From Hypanus sabinus (taxonomy: Eukaryota): a stretch of 64,000 bases of DNA. The translations under genes were made by a program, and so were the position numbers. The DNA lies in NCBI RefSeq assembly GCF_030144855.1, contig NC_082711.1, forward strand, positions 169,012,001 to 169,076,000. The letters are read 5' to 3'. Positions 1 to 14,096 of the stretch are shown here, piece by piece (the first letter of the stretch is position 1; every line of letters begins with the position of its first letter). A model generated the notes under the pieces. The model was given only the letters and a program-made list of their open reading frames with translations, was not told the origin of the DNA and searched no databases.

Positions 1-220
1 TCGGTGTATAGCTTGCAGCTATTATTACCGTGCTGGTGACTTGGGTTCAATTCTGCCACCTTCTGCACAGAATTTGCACATTCCCCTATGACCACGTGGA
101 TTTTCTCCTGGTGCTCCGGTTTCCTCCCATAATCCAAAGACAAATGGGTTAACAAGTTAATAGGTCACAAGGGTGTAATTGGGTGGTGGGAGCTTGTTGG
201 GCTGGAAGGGCCTGTTATCA
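1..220 (+). mobile_element. tRNA-derived V-type/HE1-like SINE, split by the L1 insertion (3' tail resumes at 4023-4052)
   Basis: B-box-like GGGTTCAATTC at 43-53, V-domain-like TGGTGCTCCGGTTTCCTCCCATAATCCAAAGAC, GGGCTGGAAGGGCCTGTT 3' motif; A-rich (AAAT)n tail after 4022. Confidence 0.75.
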
Positions 221-3200
221 CTCTTTTTCAATCTTTTTATTAATTTCAACATGATAAACTTGATACACAATTATTGCGATTAAAAAATTAAAATGAGCAT
301 AAAAGTATACATAAACAATAAGTACCCTATAGTTACATCTTCCCAAATCATACATGACACAAATATATAATATAAACAGGACAAAAAAAACTGGGTATAT
401 CAATATGAAAAAAACAGAAAAAGAAAAAGAAAAAAAATATACTCCAAAAAAGAACAAGAACTAATCTAACAAAATAACCACTAATTATATATAAAAAAAA
501 GAAAAAAAGAGAATAAACACATGGGCTGTTTATAGTATCTAAGAAAAAACAAAAAATCAACAGTGTCATCAACTCCGATCCTCTCTACCTATATAAAATC
601 AGAACCAAAGGTGGAAAAAAAATAGGATTGGAACCAGGTCAAATTACATCATGTGAAAATAATGAATGAATGGCCTCCAGGTCTTTTCAAATTTAATAGG
701 AGGGTCATATATGACACGTCTAATCTTTTCCAAATTCAAACATGACATAGTTTGAGAAAACCAATGAAATGTGGTGGGGGATTAATTTCTTTCCAATTCA
801 ACAAAATAGATCTTTTAGCCATTAATATTAGGAATGCAATCATCTGATAAGCAGAGGGAGATAAATGAATTGGCTTCATCATTGGTAAACCAATTGGTAA
901 TTACCTATTACCATTGGTAATAGGATGAGGTTGTAAATCAATATTCAATACTGTGGAAATAGTATCAAAAATGTCTTTCCAATATTTTTCCAAGGACAGA
1001 CATGACCAAAACATACGAGTTAGCGAAGCTATCTCAGAATGGCACCTATCACATATAGGATTTATGTGAGAATAAAAACGAGCTAATTTATTCTTGGACA
1101 TATGAGCCCTGTGCACAACTTTAAAATGTATCAATGAATGTTTAGAACATATAGAGGATGAATTAACTAATTGAAGAATTTTATCCCAATTCTCAAAAGG
1201 GATAGTAAAGTTAAGTTCTCTTTCCCAATCATTCTTAATCTTATAAAAGGCCTCTGGACATATTTTCATAATTATATTATAAACATTTGATATTACATCT
1301 TTCTGAAAAGGATTTAGTTCTAACAATTTCTCCAAAATACCCATCGAGTCTAGATTTGGAAAGGTAGGAAGTACAGTATTTTAAAAGTTCCTAATCTGTA
1401 AATATCTAAAAAAAATGAGATCTGGGCAAATTATATTTATTAGATAATTGTTCAAAAGACATGAAACAATTATCCAAAAAAAAATCAGAAAATCATAGTG
1501 TACCTTTAGTCTTCCAAGCTAAATAAGCTTTGTCTATAACAGAGGGATGAAAAAAGAAATTGGATACGATAGGAATTGCTAAAACAAATTGATTTAACCC
1601 GAAAAGTTTCCGAAATTGAAACCATGTACGTAGAGTGTGTTTGACTATCGGATTGTCAATTCGTTTATGTAATTTAGAAAACGCAAAAAGAAGAGAAGTC
1701 CCTGAGATAGAACCCAATGAAGAACCTTGTACAGATTTAACTTCCAAATTTACCTAATGAGGGCTAGGAGATAAATCCAAATCCCTTAACCAACATTTAA
1801 AATATCGAATATTAATTGTCCAGTAATAAAATCTAAAATTTGGCACTGCCAATCCACCTTCCTTTTTTGACCTGTAAATATCTTTCACCTAACCTAGGGT
1901 TTTTATTCTGCCATATATATGAAGTAATTTTGGAATCAACATTGTCAAAAAAGGATTTCGGAAAAAAAATTGGTACCGTTTGAAAAATATATAAAAACTT
2001 AGGTAAAATAATCATCTTAATAGTACTAATCTGACCTATCAATGATAAAGACAATGGTGACCATTTAGTCAACAAACATTTAATCTGATCAATTAAGGGT
2101 AAAAAATTAACCTTAAATAAATACTTGTTTTTTTTGTGATTTTAACCGCTAAATATATAAAATAATCATTAACTAATTTAAAAGATAAATTTCCATATAT
2201 TGGAACCTGCCTATTTAGGGGAAACAATTCAATCTTACTAAGATTCAATTTATACCCAGAAAAATTGCTAAATTGAGCCAACAATGACATAACTGCAGGA
2301 ATAGATTTCTCAGGATCAAAAATGTATAGTAACAAGTCATCTGCATATAGTGATACTTTATGTATATCCATCCCGCGAGTAATGCCAAAAATGTTAGGTG
2401 ATTCTCTAATAGCAATTGCCAAAGGTTCTAGGGCAATATCAAATAATAATGGACTAAGAGGACAGCCTTGCCTGGTACCCCGAAATAAACGGAGAAAGGG
2501 ACATCTTTGATTGTTAGTAAAAACCGAGGCTACTGGAGTATGATATATCAATTTAATCCAGGATATAAATGTTGGATTAAAATTAAACTTCTCCAGCACA
2601 GTAAATAAATATGGCCATTCAACTCTATCAAATGCTTTCTCTGCATCTAATGAAATGACACATTCTGAGGTGTTACGTGAAGGTGTATAAACAATATTCA
2701 TTAATCTCCAAACATTGAAAAAAGAGTAGCGGGTTTTAATAAAACCAGTTTGATCCTCCAAGATAATTTGAGGTAATACCTTCTCCAGCCTGGATGCCAG
2801 TAACTTGGAAAAGATCTTGGAATCTACATTCAACAGGGATATCGGTCTATAGGATGCACAGTCAGTAGGGTCTTTATCTTTTTTCAATATTAAAGACATG
2901 GAAGCTCTATAAAAAGATTGTGGTAATTTACCCAATCTAATTGCTTCTTCAAAAACCCTACACAACCAAGGAGAAACAGTAGAGGAGAAAAACTTGAAAA
3001 ATTCCACTGTATACCCATCTGGACCTGGTACTTTTCCGGAATTCATTGTGGAAATAACACCTTTGATTTCTGCATCCATAATAGGTGTTTCTAATATTAA
3101 ATGTTCTTCAGATGATAGTTTTGGAAAATTCAGTTTCCCTAAAAAATCATGCATGGTATAAAGGTTATGAGGAAATTCAGAGTGATACAAAGAAGTATAA

Positions 3201-4005
3201 AAATCTTGAAAAGATTTGTTTATCTCATCATGATTAACTGTCAATTCACCATTCTGTTTACGGATCTTAATAATCTGATGTTTAACCAAAGCATTCTTCA
3301 GTTGGTTAGCTAACAATTTACCCGATTTATCACTATGTATGTAAAATTTACTTCTGGTTTTCATTAATTGATTTTCAATCGAAGACGTGAGTAATAAACT
3401 GTGTTCCTTTTGAAGTTCAACTCTTTGTTTATAAAGCTCCTTACTAGGAGCGATGGAATATTTCTTATTAATTTCTGTAATCTTTTCAATCAATAAAAGT
3501 GTTTCATTCTTAATACGTTTTTTCAAACCAACAGAATAGGAGATAATCTGTCCACATATATAAGCTTTAAAAGTATCCCAAAGTGTTCCACAGGAAATTT
3601 CATTCGTGGAGTTAGTTGAGAAGAAGAAATCAATCTGTTCCTTCATAAATTTGATAAAATCCAGATCTTGCAGTAAGGTAGAATCAAATCGCCAATACTT
3701 AATACTAGGAGTTGTGTCCATTAATTTAATGGAAAGTTTCAGCGGAGCATGATCAGAGATGGCTATAATGTCATAATTACAGCCAATTACAGATGGAATA
3801 AGATGAGAGTCAATGAAAAAGTAGTCAATTCTCGAGTAAGAATGACAAACGTGAGAAAAATTAAATCTCTTTGTCCTTAGGATGTAGAAATCTCCAAATA
3901 TCAAAAATTCCAGAGTCAGTCAAAAAAGAATTGATATAAGTGGCCGACTTATTTGGTAAAGTCTGAATGGATATAGATCTATCCATCAAAGGATTTAAAC
4001 AACAA
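221..4005 (-). mobile_element. 5'-truncated L1-clade LINE (ORF2: end of APE endonuclease, RT, C-terminal Cys/His region, 3' UTR), frameshifted
   Basis: ORF 2093-3904 has YSRIDYF/SDH endonuclease motifs and RT motifs (PGPDG, YRPISLLN, SLDAEKAFD, GTRQGCPLSP, LYADD). ORFs 1833-2075, 1493-1747 and 901-1344 continue ORF2 in other frames. AATAAA and A-rich tail at the left end. 17-bp TSD GGAAGGGCCTGTTATCA at 204-220 and 4006-4022. Confidence 0.95.
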
Positions 4006-4719
4006 GGAAGGGCCTGTTATCATGCTTTATTTCGAAAATAAAAATAAATAAACCAGGCAGTGAATACTGAGGGGCAACTGTTTATCAAGTAAGCATGGTT
4101 GCAAGATGGAAGCAGACAACATGAGCAGAGGTAATGTTTGATGGGACAGATTTTGGGATAATGTTCCTGAAGAGCGAAGAATTAAACTGACAGGTTTCTT
4201 AAATTAATTTGAGTTAAGATAAGTGCACACCACTAGACCAATGAGATGGCATTTCACTGCTGTGACGTGAAAACTAATGGATTGGCTCCTTTTTCATACA
4301 ACTTTATGATTAAGTGGATGAAAAATGGTCAGACTAAGGCCCAGAACAGGACAACAACTTCCTTAGGACCTCACCTCTGGATATTTTAAAACCTTCCCTT
4401 CCTCCAAAGCTTTAACCCCAAAACTGCAACTAAATGTGATATGGTGTATCTACTTTCCAGTTTCCATGGTGAGGAACCTTATCATTCCTACAACCACAGC
4501 AATCTGTATAATATGTATCATTATGTATTTGTGCACCGGATTCCACAGACTGCAAACAATGACTGATCACTGTAATAAGTTTGCATAATTGTAGAATCTA
4601 TGGGTCTAGAAGCTTTGTATGATGATTTAATGACTTTAACTATTTTCTCACTCTAAGTGCCAAATAATCCCATGATTGTTCTTTAAACCTCCCAATCCAT
4701 GCAAAAATAAGACACAGTT

Positions 4720-5435
4720 ACACACATAAAACGTTGGAAAAACTCAGCAAGTCAGGTAGCATCTATCGAAAAGAATAAACGATTGATGTTTCAGGCCAAG
4801 ATCCTTCTTCAAGACTGAGCAGAGGAAGATGCCAGAATAACAAGGTGGCTGGGGGGAGTGGGGGTTAGGAAAAGAGACTAGCCTGAAGGTGATAGCCAGG
4901 TGGGTGGGAAAGATCAAAGGTTGGATAAAAAAGAAACTGATAGGAGAGGAGAGTGGACCATAGGAGAAAGAGGAAGGGGGGGCGTGGTGTACCCCAGGTG
5001 AGAAATAGTAAAAAGGTCAGCTGGGGAATTGGGCCCGGGGGGGGGGGGGGGGGGGGGGGAGAGAGATGAATTTGTTTATTGGAAGGAGAAATTGACATCA
5101 GGTCGGAGGCTACCCAACAGAAAATAAAGTGTTGCTTATCCACCATGAGGGTAGCCTCATTTTGGCAGCAGAGGTGGCCATGGACCAACATGCTGGAACA
5201 GGAATCGTAATTATAATGTTTGGCAACTGGGAAGTTCCACAGAGAGAGCAGAGGGCTCAACGAAGTGGTCCCCCAATTTGTGAAGGGTCTCACCAATATA
5301 GAAGCTGCATAGGGGACACCGGACACAATGGACGACCCCAGCAGGTGATGTGTTACCTCACCTTGAAGGACTATGAGGCTCTGAATGGAGATGAGGGAGG
5401 TGGTGTAGGGTTAGGTGTAACACTTGGCTGCTTGC
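4720..5435 (-). mobile_element. Degenerate Penelope-like element 3' fragment with degraded hammerhead motif
   Basis: Same purine-rich/pyrimidine-rich 3' region and terminal motif as the Penelope copy at 35956-37360; minus strand reads CAGTC-TTGAAGA-..-GAAAC at about 4786-4817. Confidence 0.65.
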
Positions 5436-5963
5436 AGAGACATAACTGTTTTTAACTCAAGTCTATCCTGTGTAAATGGTCATTACCACACTAACATATT
5501 GGACTGTTCTAAGAATAAATCAGTACATTAATACACTGGAGGAATCAGTAACTGCAAAAAACTGCACTAAACTTCCATTTAAAAATCACAAAGTTTTTAA
5601 AACCACCTCCTGCATTATTTTCCAATAATTTTTGTTTGCATCATTTCATGCACTAGGGAAGACACAATTTTCCTCCAAGAATTGACCATCTTAGGGGAAA
5701 AAAGGATTAAAAGGCTTTGTACTCCTCCCACACAGTTTAATACGTTACGAAACTCTCCTCTGCTACAATCACGCTTTTGGGTCACTCCATGGTGATGACC
5801 AATCTCTGTGGGAAATTTCTACACAGACTGGTTTCCCTTTGATAACACATCAAAAGTATTTTAATTGACTGAGGCACTTTGAGATTCCCCAAAAATGTGA
5901 AGGGTGCTGGACAAATACAAATAGTTAAAAGCCTTCTAAAACAACCCATAAAAATGGATTTAC

Positions 5964-6177
5964 CTTCTTTGTCAGTCAGTACTTCCATTCTTCCACTAAA
6001 CATTGCCTTCAGCATGGTGTCGTGCCTGGTTAAAATCTGAACAGTGGTATAGTACAGCGAGCCTCCAACATTTAACCTTATGTACTTGTTTCCCATGCTT
6101 CCTCCTTTAAAGCTGATGGCCTTGGGTTTGGCTCCAGAGGAAGGACAAGGTGATGTTAAGCAGGTATCTCCAGACAT
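5964..6177 (-). CDS. TNFAIP1: TNFAIP1 (BACURD2, BTB/POZ KCTD family) first coding exon; later exons lie left of the window
   Basis: Translates [72 protein letters not shown], matching the vertebrate TNFAIP1 N-terminus. Donor G|GTAAAT at 5963. Probable acceptor ttttccttattttcag| puts the exon start at 6309. Synteny with IFT20 and TMEM97. Confidence 0.95.
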
Positions 6178-7037
6178 ATCTCTCTGAAGATAAATGGTGA
6201 CTCTGCACACAGTTGGCTTAATCTGTCCCTCCGTGGTTGGTGTGTGCAAGCCGGACAAAAATGAGTCAAGATCCAGTCACATTCACTGGTGTTCATAACC
6301 TTCGCACCACTGAAAATAAGGAAAATTTTAGCAGTGATCATTAAAAGATGATAAACAACGTTTTGCACCCATTTGAAAATGTAGTATCGCAGAACATCTA
6401 AGTTACCAATATATCTTCAAGAGGACCAGATTAATGGAAATGAGTTTTGTAAATGTGCTTGCAAGACTATATTATGCACTTTTAAAATAACCCCAAAGCA
6501 CCCAAGTGATAGGGTCAGACACAAGCCAGAGATCCCCAAGTTGTTCTGTCATTCTGATCTTTGGCTTCAACTTAATTTTGTTATTGGATCCTTGGTAGTG
6601 ACTCCACTATGGTCTAAGAATCTATCCCTGTCTTCAATTGTACTCAGACTGGTGGGTTTTGAAGAATTCTAAAGATTCACAACCCAACAAGAAATTTATC
6701 ATCTCTCAAGGAGACACTCCTTATTTTGAGAAATTGTCCTCTAATTCTACACAAAACATCTTTAAGTATTTATCATTGTAGAATCCTTCCAGAATCACAT
6801 GCATCAATGCAGTAACCTTGCATCCTTCTAAATGTCAGAGAGCACAAGCTCAGACCACTCACTCTTTCTTCACAGCACAATGCCAGTACTTAAAGCTCAA
6901 ATCCACTTGTGACCAAGACAAGGTGCTATCTATTCATTCCCTGAACGTTGCTGTGTGCCAGGTCTATCAGATTTCCTAAGCTAGGCTCTTTCTTCATTAT
7001 TGAAATTGGAGCTCCAGGTTTTGCTGTGTTTTTCTTG

Positions 7038-7577
7038 TGTAACTCCCTGTTCGGCTAGCAGCTTAATCTATGGGAAGACAGCCCTCAGCCAGGCCAAACT
7101 TAAGAAATCGTGTTTAGGTGGATGCTGCGTGATGTGTCCCCATTACAAATCAGTACTACGAAATAACAAGCAGTACATAATATATGATTAAATGATTGAG
7201 CTTTATAATTCTTAATTTGACTATATGGTTAGTAAAGAAACAAATGAAGGGCTCATTCTCTTGAAACAGTCTAATGTGCAGCATTGGAGCTCATGGTTCA
7301 GTTCATTTGTTCCCTGACATTTTCTGAGTGTAGCTGACCCTCACTCCAAGTTCACTCTGTCCGGCGGTCTACCATCTCTCTGCACCCGCGTCTTCTCGCC
7401 TCATCTCTCCCCAGCAAAAGACCGTGAAATTCCTGCTCCCAGACCCACAAGAAAGAACAACATCCCTCTCATTGGACAGCATACATTCCAAAGCCCCATT
7501 ACCTCTAGTAATTACCCAAACATTGCTGCTATAGAGAAACCATTACCTTAGCAGTGAAACATAAAGAGGCCATTACA
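7038..7577. mobile_element. Solo LTR (540 bp), family A
   Basis: Termini TGTAA...TTACA; 4-bp TSD CTTG at 7034-7037 and 7578-7581. Confidence 0.75.
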
Positions 7578-8179
7578 CTTGTTATAAATAATATATCTAG
7601 GTACAAGAATCCACCATCTTAGAACCCTTAGAAAAAACATCACAAGAATTCAGGGTATGTTCACAAAGCATAATTAGAAATCAAAAATAAATCCACATTT
7701 GAAAATTGCTATAATGACACAATTTGCCTGGATCATGGCCTCCTCTACTGCCACAATGAGGTCATTCTCAGGTTGGAGGAGCAACACATCATACTGTCTG
7801 GGTAGCTTCCAACCTCATGGCACAAACGTCAAATTCTCCAAATTCTGGTCGTTTTTACCCCTTCCCTTCCCACTTCAATTCCATACTCTGCCCCCTCACC
7901 TCTTCGCCTCACTTGCCTATGACCTCCACTTGGTGCCCCTTCTCCTTCCCTTTTTATCATTGTCCTGTCTTCTATATTAGGTCCCTTCATTTCCCAGGCA
8001 TCACCTCACAGCTTCTTACTTTCACCCTCCATAACTCCTACATAGCTTCATCTACATCCTTCCAGCTTGTACTCCGCTCCCCCCCCCCCCTTCTTATTCT
8101 GGCTTCTTCTTCCTTCCTTTACAGTCCTGATGATTGGAGGAAAGTATGGGGGGGGGGTGGGGGTGAATGCTGTAGAGTA

Positions 8180-8980
8180 AGAAAAGTACAGCAAAAGAAC
8201 AGGCCCTTTGGCCTATCTAGTCCATGCCAAACTATTTAAACTGCCTACTCCCATTAACCTGTACTGGGACCATAGTCCTCCATACCCCTACCATCCACGT
8301 ACCTACCCAAACTTCTCTTAAGCATTGAAATCAAGCTCACATGCACTACTTGTGTTGGCAGCTCATTCCACTCTTATGACCCTCTGAGCAAATAAGTTTC
8401 CCCTGGTGTTTCCCTTAAAGTTTTCATCTTTCATCCTTAACCCATGACCTCTAGTTGTAATCCCACCCTACACCAGTGGAAAAAACCCCATCCATATTCC
8501 TGAATTGTGTATATCTCTATCACATCTACTTATAACCTTCTATGTTCCAAGGAATAAAATCCTAACCTATTCAATCTTTTTTATAACTCGGGTCCTCTAG
8601 TCCAGGCAACATCCTTGCAAATTTTCTCTGTACTCTTTCAACCTTATTTATACCTTTCCTGTAGGTACATGACCAAAACTGCACACAACATTCCAAATTA
8701 GGCTTCACCAACAGCTTGTACATCTTCAACATTACATCCCATCTTCTGTACTCAATACTTTGATTTATGAAGGTCAATGTACCAAAGAACTTTCTTTATG
8801 ACTCTATCTCCCTGAGATGCCACTTTCAATGAATTATGGACCTGTATTCCCAGATCCCCATGTTCTACAGCACTGCTCAGTGCCCTACCATTCACTATGC
8901 AAGACCCATCCTGGTTGGTCCTATCAAAGTGCAACACCTCAAACTGTCTGCATTAAATTCCATCTGCCATTTTTCCAGCT
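8180..8980 (-). mobile_element. CR1 LINE 3' fragment
   Basis: ORFs 8571-8777 and 8752-8937 carry CR1 ORF2 C-terminal motifs (DLGIQVHNSLK, LYKxLVxPxLEYCVQFWS-like, ERVQRKF). Confidence 0.85.
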
Positions 8981-11900
8981 GGTTCCCCAATGGTGTTATA
9001 ACTGGGGGTGGTAGAAGGGATAAGCTTCTACTACCTATTAAATGCTCCCAATGGCATGCAGCTCAAATATCCTCTGATGACCAAGCCCAGCTGAACCATT
9101 TTGACTGGCAGGAGAAAGAGCAACAGTGGGTTACTGGCACCTTAAAACCAGTCACTTCAGGCAGAAAGGACTCATCAGCCATGGTTGGCAGTTCTTTTAC
9201 AAGAAGGAAAACTCTGATCTCAAACCTCCGCTGCCTTGCGGCGATACCTGCTCATGGAGGTTTGGAAGTAAACCCAGAGGTAAAAATCCAGAGCTGAAGT
9301 TCCTAAGGACTTGGACCTCAAAGCAGACCATTCCTTTGGGTTCATTAGAAGCATGGAGATGGGGAGCTTGCTATATGGGCAACAGCTTGCTCTCCATATC
9401 GCACTGTTCAGGCTTGTGCAACATCTATGGTCAATGGAGGCCTCATCATCATTTCCAGCACTCAGTGGGTGGTGTGTGCATGGATCTCCTTGCCAGGAGT
9501 GGTGGTATAGGCAGATATATTAGGGACATTTAAGACACTCTTAGATAGGCACATGGATGAAGGAAAAAATAGGGGGTTATATGGGAGAGTCTGCTCTGCT
9601 ATTCAATCATTGCTGATTTATTTTCCTTCTAACCCCGTTCTTCTACCTTTTACCTCGTAACCTTTGACGTTCCTGCTAAGTACCCGTCAACCTCTGCTTT
9701 AAATATACTGAGACACAGCCCATGTTGGAAATCCAATGTCTCAGCCAGTCATGGGATTGGCCACATTTTAAGAAAAGGTCTGATTCCTACGTAGCAGTGG
9801 GAGCGTCCCATCGTTAAGTTGTCATTTCGATACAGTATAGAAATCTGAAGGGTCACCCATCTCTGAAGATATGGCAAGTCCAGTTGAAAACCAGATGCTT
9901 CAAAGAGGGCAAAACTGATGAAATGGTATACATCTGTACCAAAAAGCTGAGGCAGTTGTTATATGGATGATAGGCATTTGTTTTAAATACTAGAAAAGTT
10001 CTTGGCAAGTTATCCAAGGTTATCATGGAATACTGCCGCTGGCTTGAGTACCTTCGAATCCTATTATAACCATTGCTTCCTTCCTTGTTTCTGTCTCTCC
10101 CACCCAGTTTCATGTTCCTGACCCTGACCTCACACATGGCACCACTTCCACTGCACTCCAGGTGCACACTTGTCCACAGTCCCACCCTCAGCTACAGAGC
10201 TGGCACACATTTCTGAATACCATCGTAAGAACTTGGATGTTTTGACATTATCATCTTCCTGACCGAGATAGATGGTGGCTAATTTAAAGAACAAAGCACT
10301 TTCTAGAGAGGCAAACAGGAAGAGCAATGTCATATTCACTGATCTTTGCTCTCAGTAACAAGTTGGTCTGGCATCCCAGCAAGTCCTTTGAATTCAAAGA
10401 ATTTATTATCAAAGTACATTTATGTCACCATTTAAGAAAAAAATCAGTTCACTGGTGGTAGAGATCAGTGGGTTAAAAGAATTTTTCAAAAGCCTCCTAG
10501 TTTAGATCAGATTTTTGCTATGTGCTCAGTGCAATGAATAGCTCTACACAGAACCCCTCAAGCAATAGAAAACACACAATGACTCAATCTAACAAAATTG
10601 CAAAAATGCACAATGGACTTTGAATGTTGCCTTTATGTCCCATCGCCAATGCCCTCCATGTATGCATCTTTCCCTTATCTCCTAACTTTGCTTCATGTAC
10701 GCTCCTCCTTTGAACTAAAACATTAGAATCAGAATCAGGTTTATTCTAACTGGCATGTGTCATGACATTTGTCATTTTGAGAGATTTTACTGCAAGTACA
10801 GTCATATTCCTAAAGTATACTCTCCCAGCCTTCTAATTCCTAAAACCTTCATCTTTGTCCAAACTTTTGGTCTTTCTTCCTGCATCACCCACACATTGTA
10901 TGTTACTTTCTGTCTGACTACAAACCTGTGAAGCATCCTGGCACATTAACACCATACAAGTTGAATTTATTGATACTTGGAATGAATCTTGAGGACAAAA
11001 AGAGAGCAAACTTTTTGAACTTTGTAATTTATAGATTTGTCTTTGCACTGTACTGTGTTGCAAAACATTTCATGTCGTATTATCAGTGACAATAAATGAT
11101 TTTGAAAACAAGATAATCCAAACATCATACTAAAGGATCACACTGGATCTGAATCACATTGAATCAGATACTTTACATTCTTAGCTTACGCATTCAGCAA
11201 AACATTATCCCCTCAGGCCTTTAAACATTAATCCACCCATAAAATGAATTGTCCATTTTGTAACACTTGGCAAACCTTCAGAATTTTCATTTTGATAGAC
11301 ATGTTAGATTTCCCAAACATCAACCCAAAACTTGACAACTTGCATGCAAATATCACCACTTCAAATACTATCTGCCAAAAGTTTGTGCCAGCTGCACTAA
11401 AATTACTAAATACCTCACAGAAGAAACAGTATTATGTTACCCATATAATAAGGAATGATTGAAATGGGATGGGTGTAGATGAGTCAAATCAGTAACAATG
11501 GAACTTTTGTATTAGAGATTAGTAGAGCCCAGTTTAATCTCTCATTTGGTAGATGACAATTCTAACAGTAGAGTTTAGAGTTTGGTCATCCTATACCTAA
11601 AGTAAGAAGCAATCTGCTCCTCAAGCTTGCAGCAATATTCAAGTTAATGGTTGATCTTAACCCTTTTTCAAAAGCACTTTCCCTCTACTGGTCAGGTGCA
11701 CTGTAGTTCAAGTGTCTGAGAATCTCCACTCCAAATAGTCCAAGAAATTGCTCATCTCCTTAAGTGAGTAAGTAACTCCCTGTCTGAATCAATGCCATCC
11801 AGTTGGAGACAACCCCACCAGGGGAAACAACTTAATGCCCACTCCGTCAAACCTTCTCAGAATCTTGCGTGCCTTAATTAGATGTCACTTTCATAAGTTC

Positions 11901-14096
11901 AAATGACTATAGTCCCAATCTGCTCAACCTCTCTTCATGTTTTAAACTTGATCCCAGGAATAACCATAGTGAGATTTTTTTTTTAAATGGCTATACATCA
12001 AAAGAGACCAAAGCAATACATAGCTCTCCAGGTGTGGTCCCACCACTGCCTTGTACAGTTATATTAAAACTTAACCATTACACATTTTATATCCTTACAA
12101 TAAAGTCCAACATTCCACCAGCCTTCCCAATTACTTGGTGTAACTGTGATAATCAATCAGATCCTTGTCTCTGGCCATGATCATCAAAACTTGCTAACAA
12201 TTTATTTTCACTACATAACTTTTTAAAATCAGAAAACACGCCTGCAGTATACTTAGTCTCTTCATTAAGTCATACAGAAGGAAGCAGGCCTTTTGGACCA
12301 CCAAGTCCGTGCTGACCACCCATCATCCATTTATAATTAGACATTACGTTTTTGTTCTCATTAACACCCACATCAGGTTCTACTACTCACCTAATATCAG
12401 GGGAAATTTAAGATGTCCAGTTAACATATCAATCCACACTTTGTTGGGATATAAGAGGAAGTCCAGAAGAAAATCTTCGCATGAAGAATATATGGCACCC
12501 GAGATTTGGATTGACTGTGCATCTCTGGTGCTGTGAGGCTACAGCTCCATCAGCTAAGTGTACCATGCATCCAAGTCTTTAATACAGATTGAAACCCCTG
12601 TACTGATCTTTGCCTCTCAAAGTCCAACCCTACATCCCTGTCATGAGAAGTGGAAACAGGCCAGGTCGGCCAACAGGGCTCTGGAGAAACTGTATTGGCC
12701 AATCCCCTGTACAGTGGATGCAATGGATTGCAGAAGCATTGATGACGTCAAAACATACCACTTGACTTCGGAGGACGATGGCGAGGCAAGTTCATCAATG
12801 GTTTATGCTCCACTGGGAGCCAAGGGCCCAATTACTGACCTTTATGGCATTCCCACTAGCTTCTGATGGCCAAAACTAAAATAACAAATTTATCTCAACT
12901 CTATGATCTCTGCTAGTTAGTCGATGCAAAACAGTAGTTAAATTTCAACAACCTTGGAGATTAAAGACATCCTGCAGAGCCAATAATATTTTAAAAAATC
13001 AAGATTTTTTTTGTTAGTGATGAAGCAGAAACACTTGCAATCCAAGGTCTATGAGTTCAGAACCATTCCTCCTTATAGTCTATCAGTTAGCCAAGTCTAT
13101 CTCTAACTGTACAATAATTAGGTCCTTTCTTGGAGAATGTAATACAGTATTGGCCTGTTGATTCATCCAACTTTGAGGTATTCAGGTTCATCCTGCATTT
13201 AATAAGTAATGTCCACTTGAAAATAATACATTAATCCCTTTCAACTGTTCTAGAGTAATTTCTGGCTGCAATGGATTGAAAATACATTAGACATCCAGTA
13301 ATTGTCCATTCAATCCAACCAATCTATGGTCACCCTGTAGTCTATTCTACATTCAAATCCATCAACATAACTCATCACACACTTTTCCATTCTATATATC
13401 CAGTCTCCCCTTAAATGCATCTGTACTATTGCTTCAGATACTCAATAAATCATTTGCTTTAAGCATCAGCTACAGCTCAGCCTGTTGTTCTCCTGCAAAG
13501 TCAAAAAGCTGTTTTTAGTGCAGAAGGAATTCTGCAGGGCTGGAAATCTCAAGCAACATCAGGATAAACATCGACTATTAATTTCCCTCCATAGATGCTG
13601 CCAGATTTGCTGAGCCCCTCCAGCATCTGTGTGTTGTTTAAAGGCACAATGTGAACTCGAGCACAAAAGTGACACTGGTGCTGCCCTGAGCAATTAAAGC
13701 AAGTTTCTCTTCATCTGAGAACTAGTCTTTATTCACAGGTAGAAGTTAATATTTTGAAGAGTGTGAAGATCTACTACTTATCCCTAAGCCCAAAGTGGAA
13801 AAAAAACATCAACTGGCGATTGGCAAACCGTCGTTTCTGGGATTTCACTGTACACAAAATGTGAAGCACATGTCAGAACCTGAATATAAGACCCTGGGAG
13901 AGATGTTAAAGCCGCCACAGGAAGGTTAGCCTGCCTGCGAAGCAACATGCGTGAGTGAAGCGTTCCACCCCTCAAGTATTTGCTTCGAAAACTTGCACTA
14001 ATCAGCCCATCCACCTTGCTGAATCATCCCCAACAGGTCCAAGCCCCCCCATACCTGGAGCGGGACCGAGCCTGCGGTCGGCGCTGCCCCACTCAC

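Noticed and set aside
5037-5059. Long G homopolymers (also about 54765-54782 and 57503-57528) as functional G4 elements
   Set aside because: Two lie within TE remnants, and homopolymer length is unreliable in assemblies.
5782-6258. 158-aa ORF as a complete protein or N-terminally extended TNFAIP1
   Set aside because: It starts at a non-ATG codon and runs through the splice donor at 5963; only 5964-6177 matches TNFAIP1.
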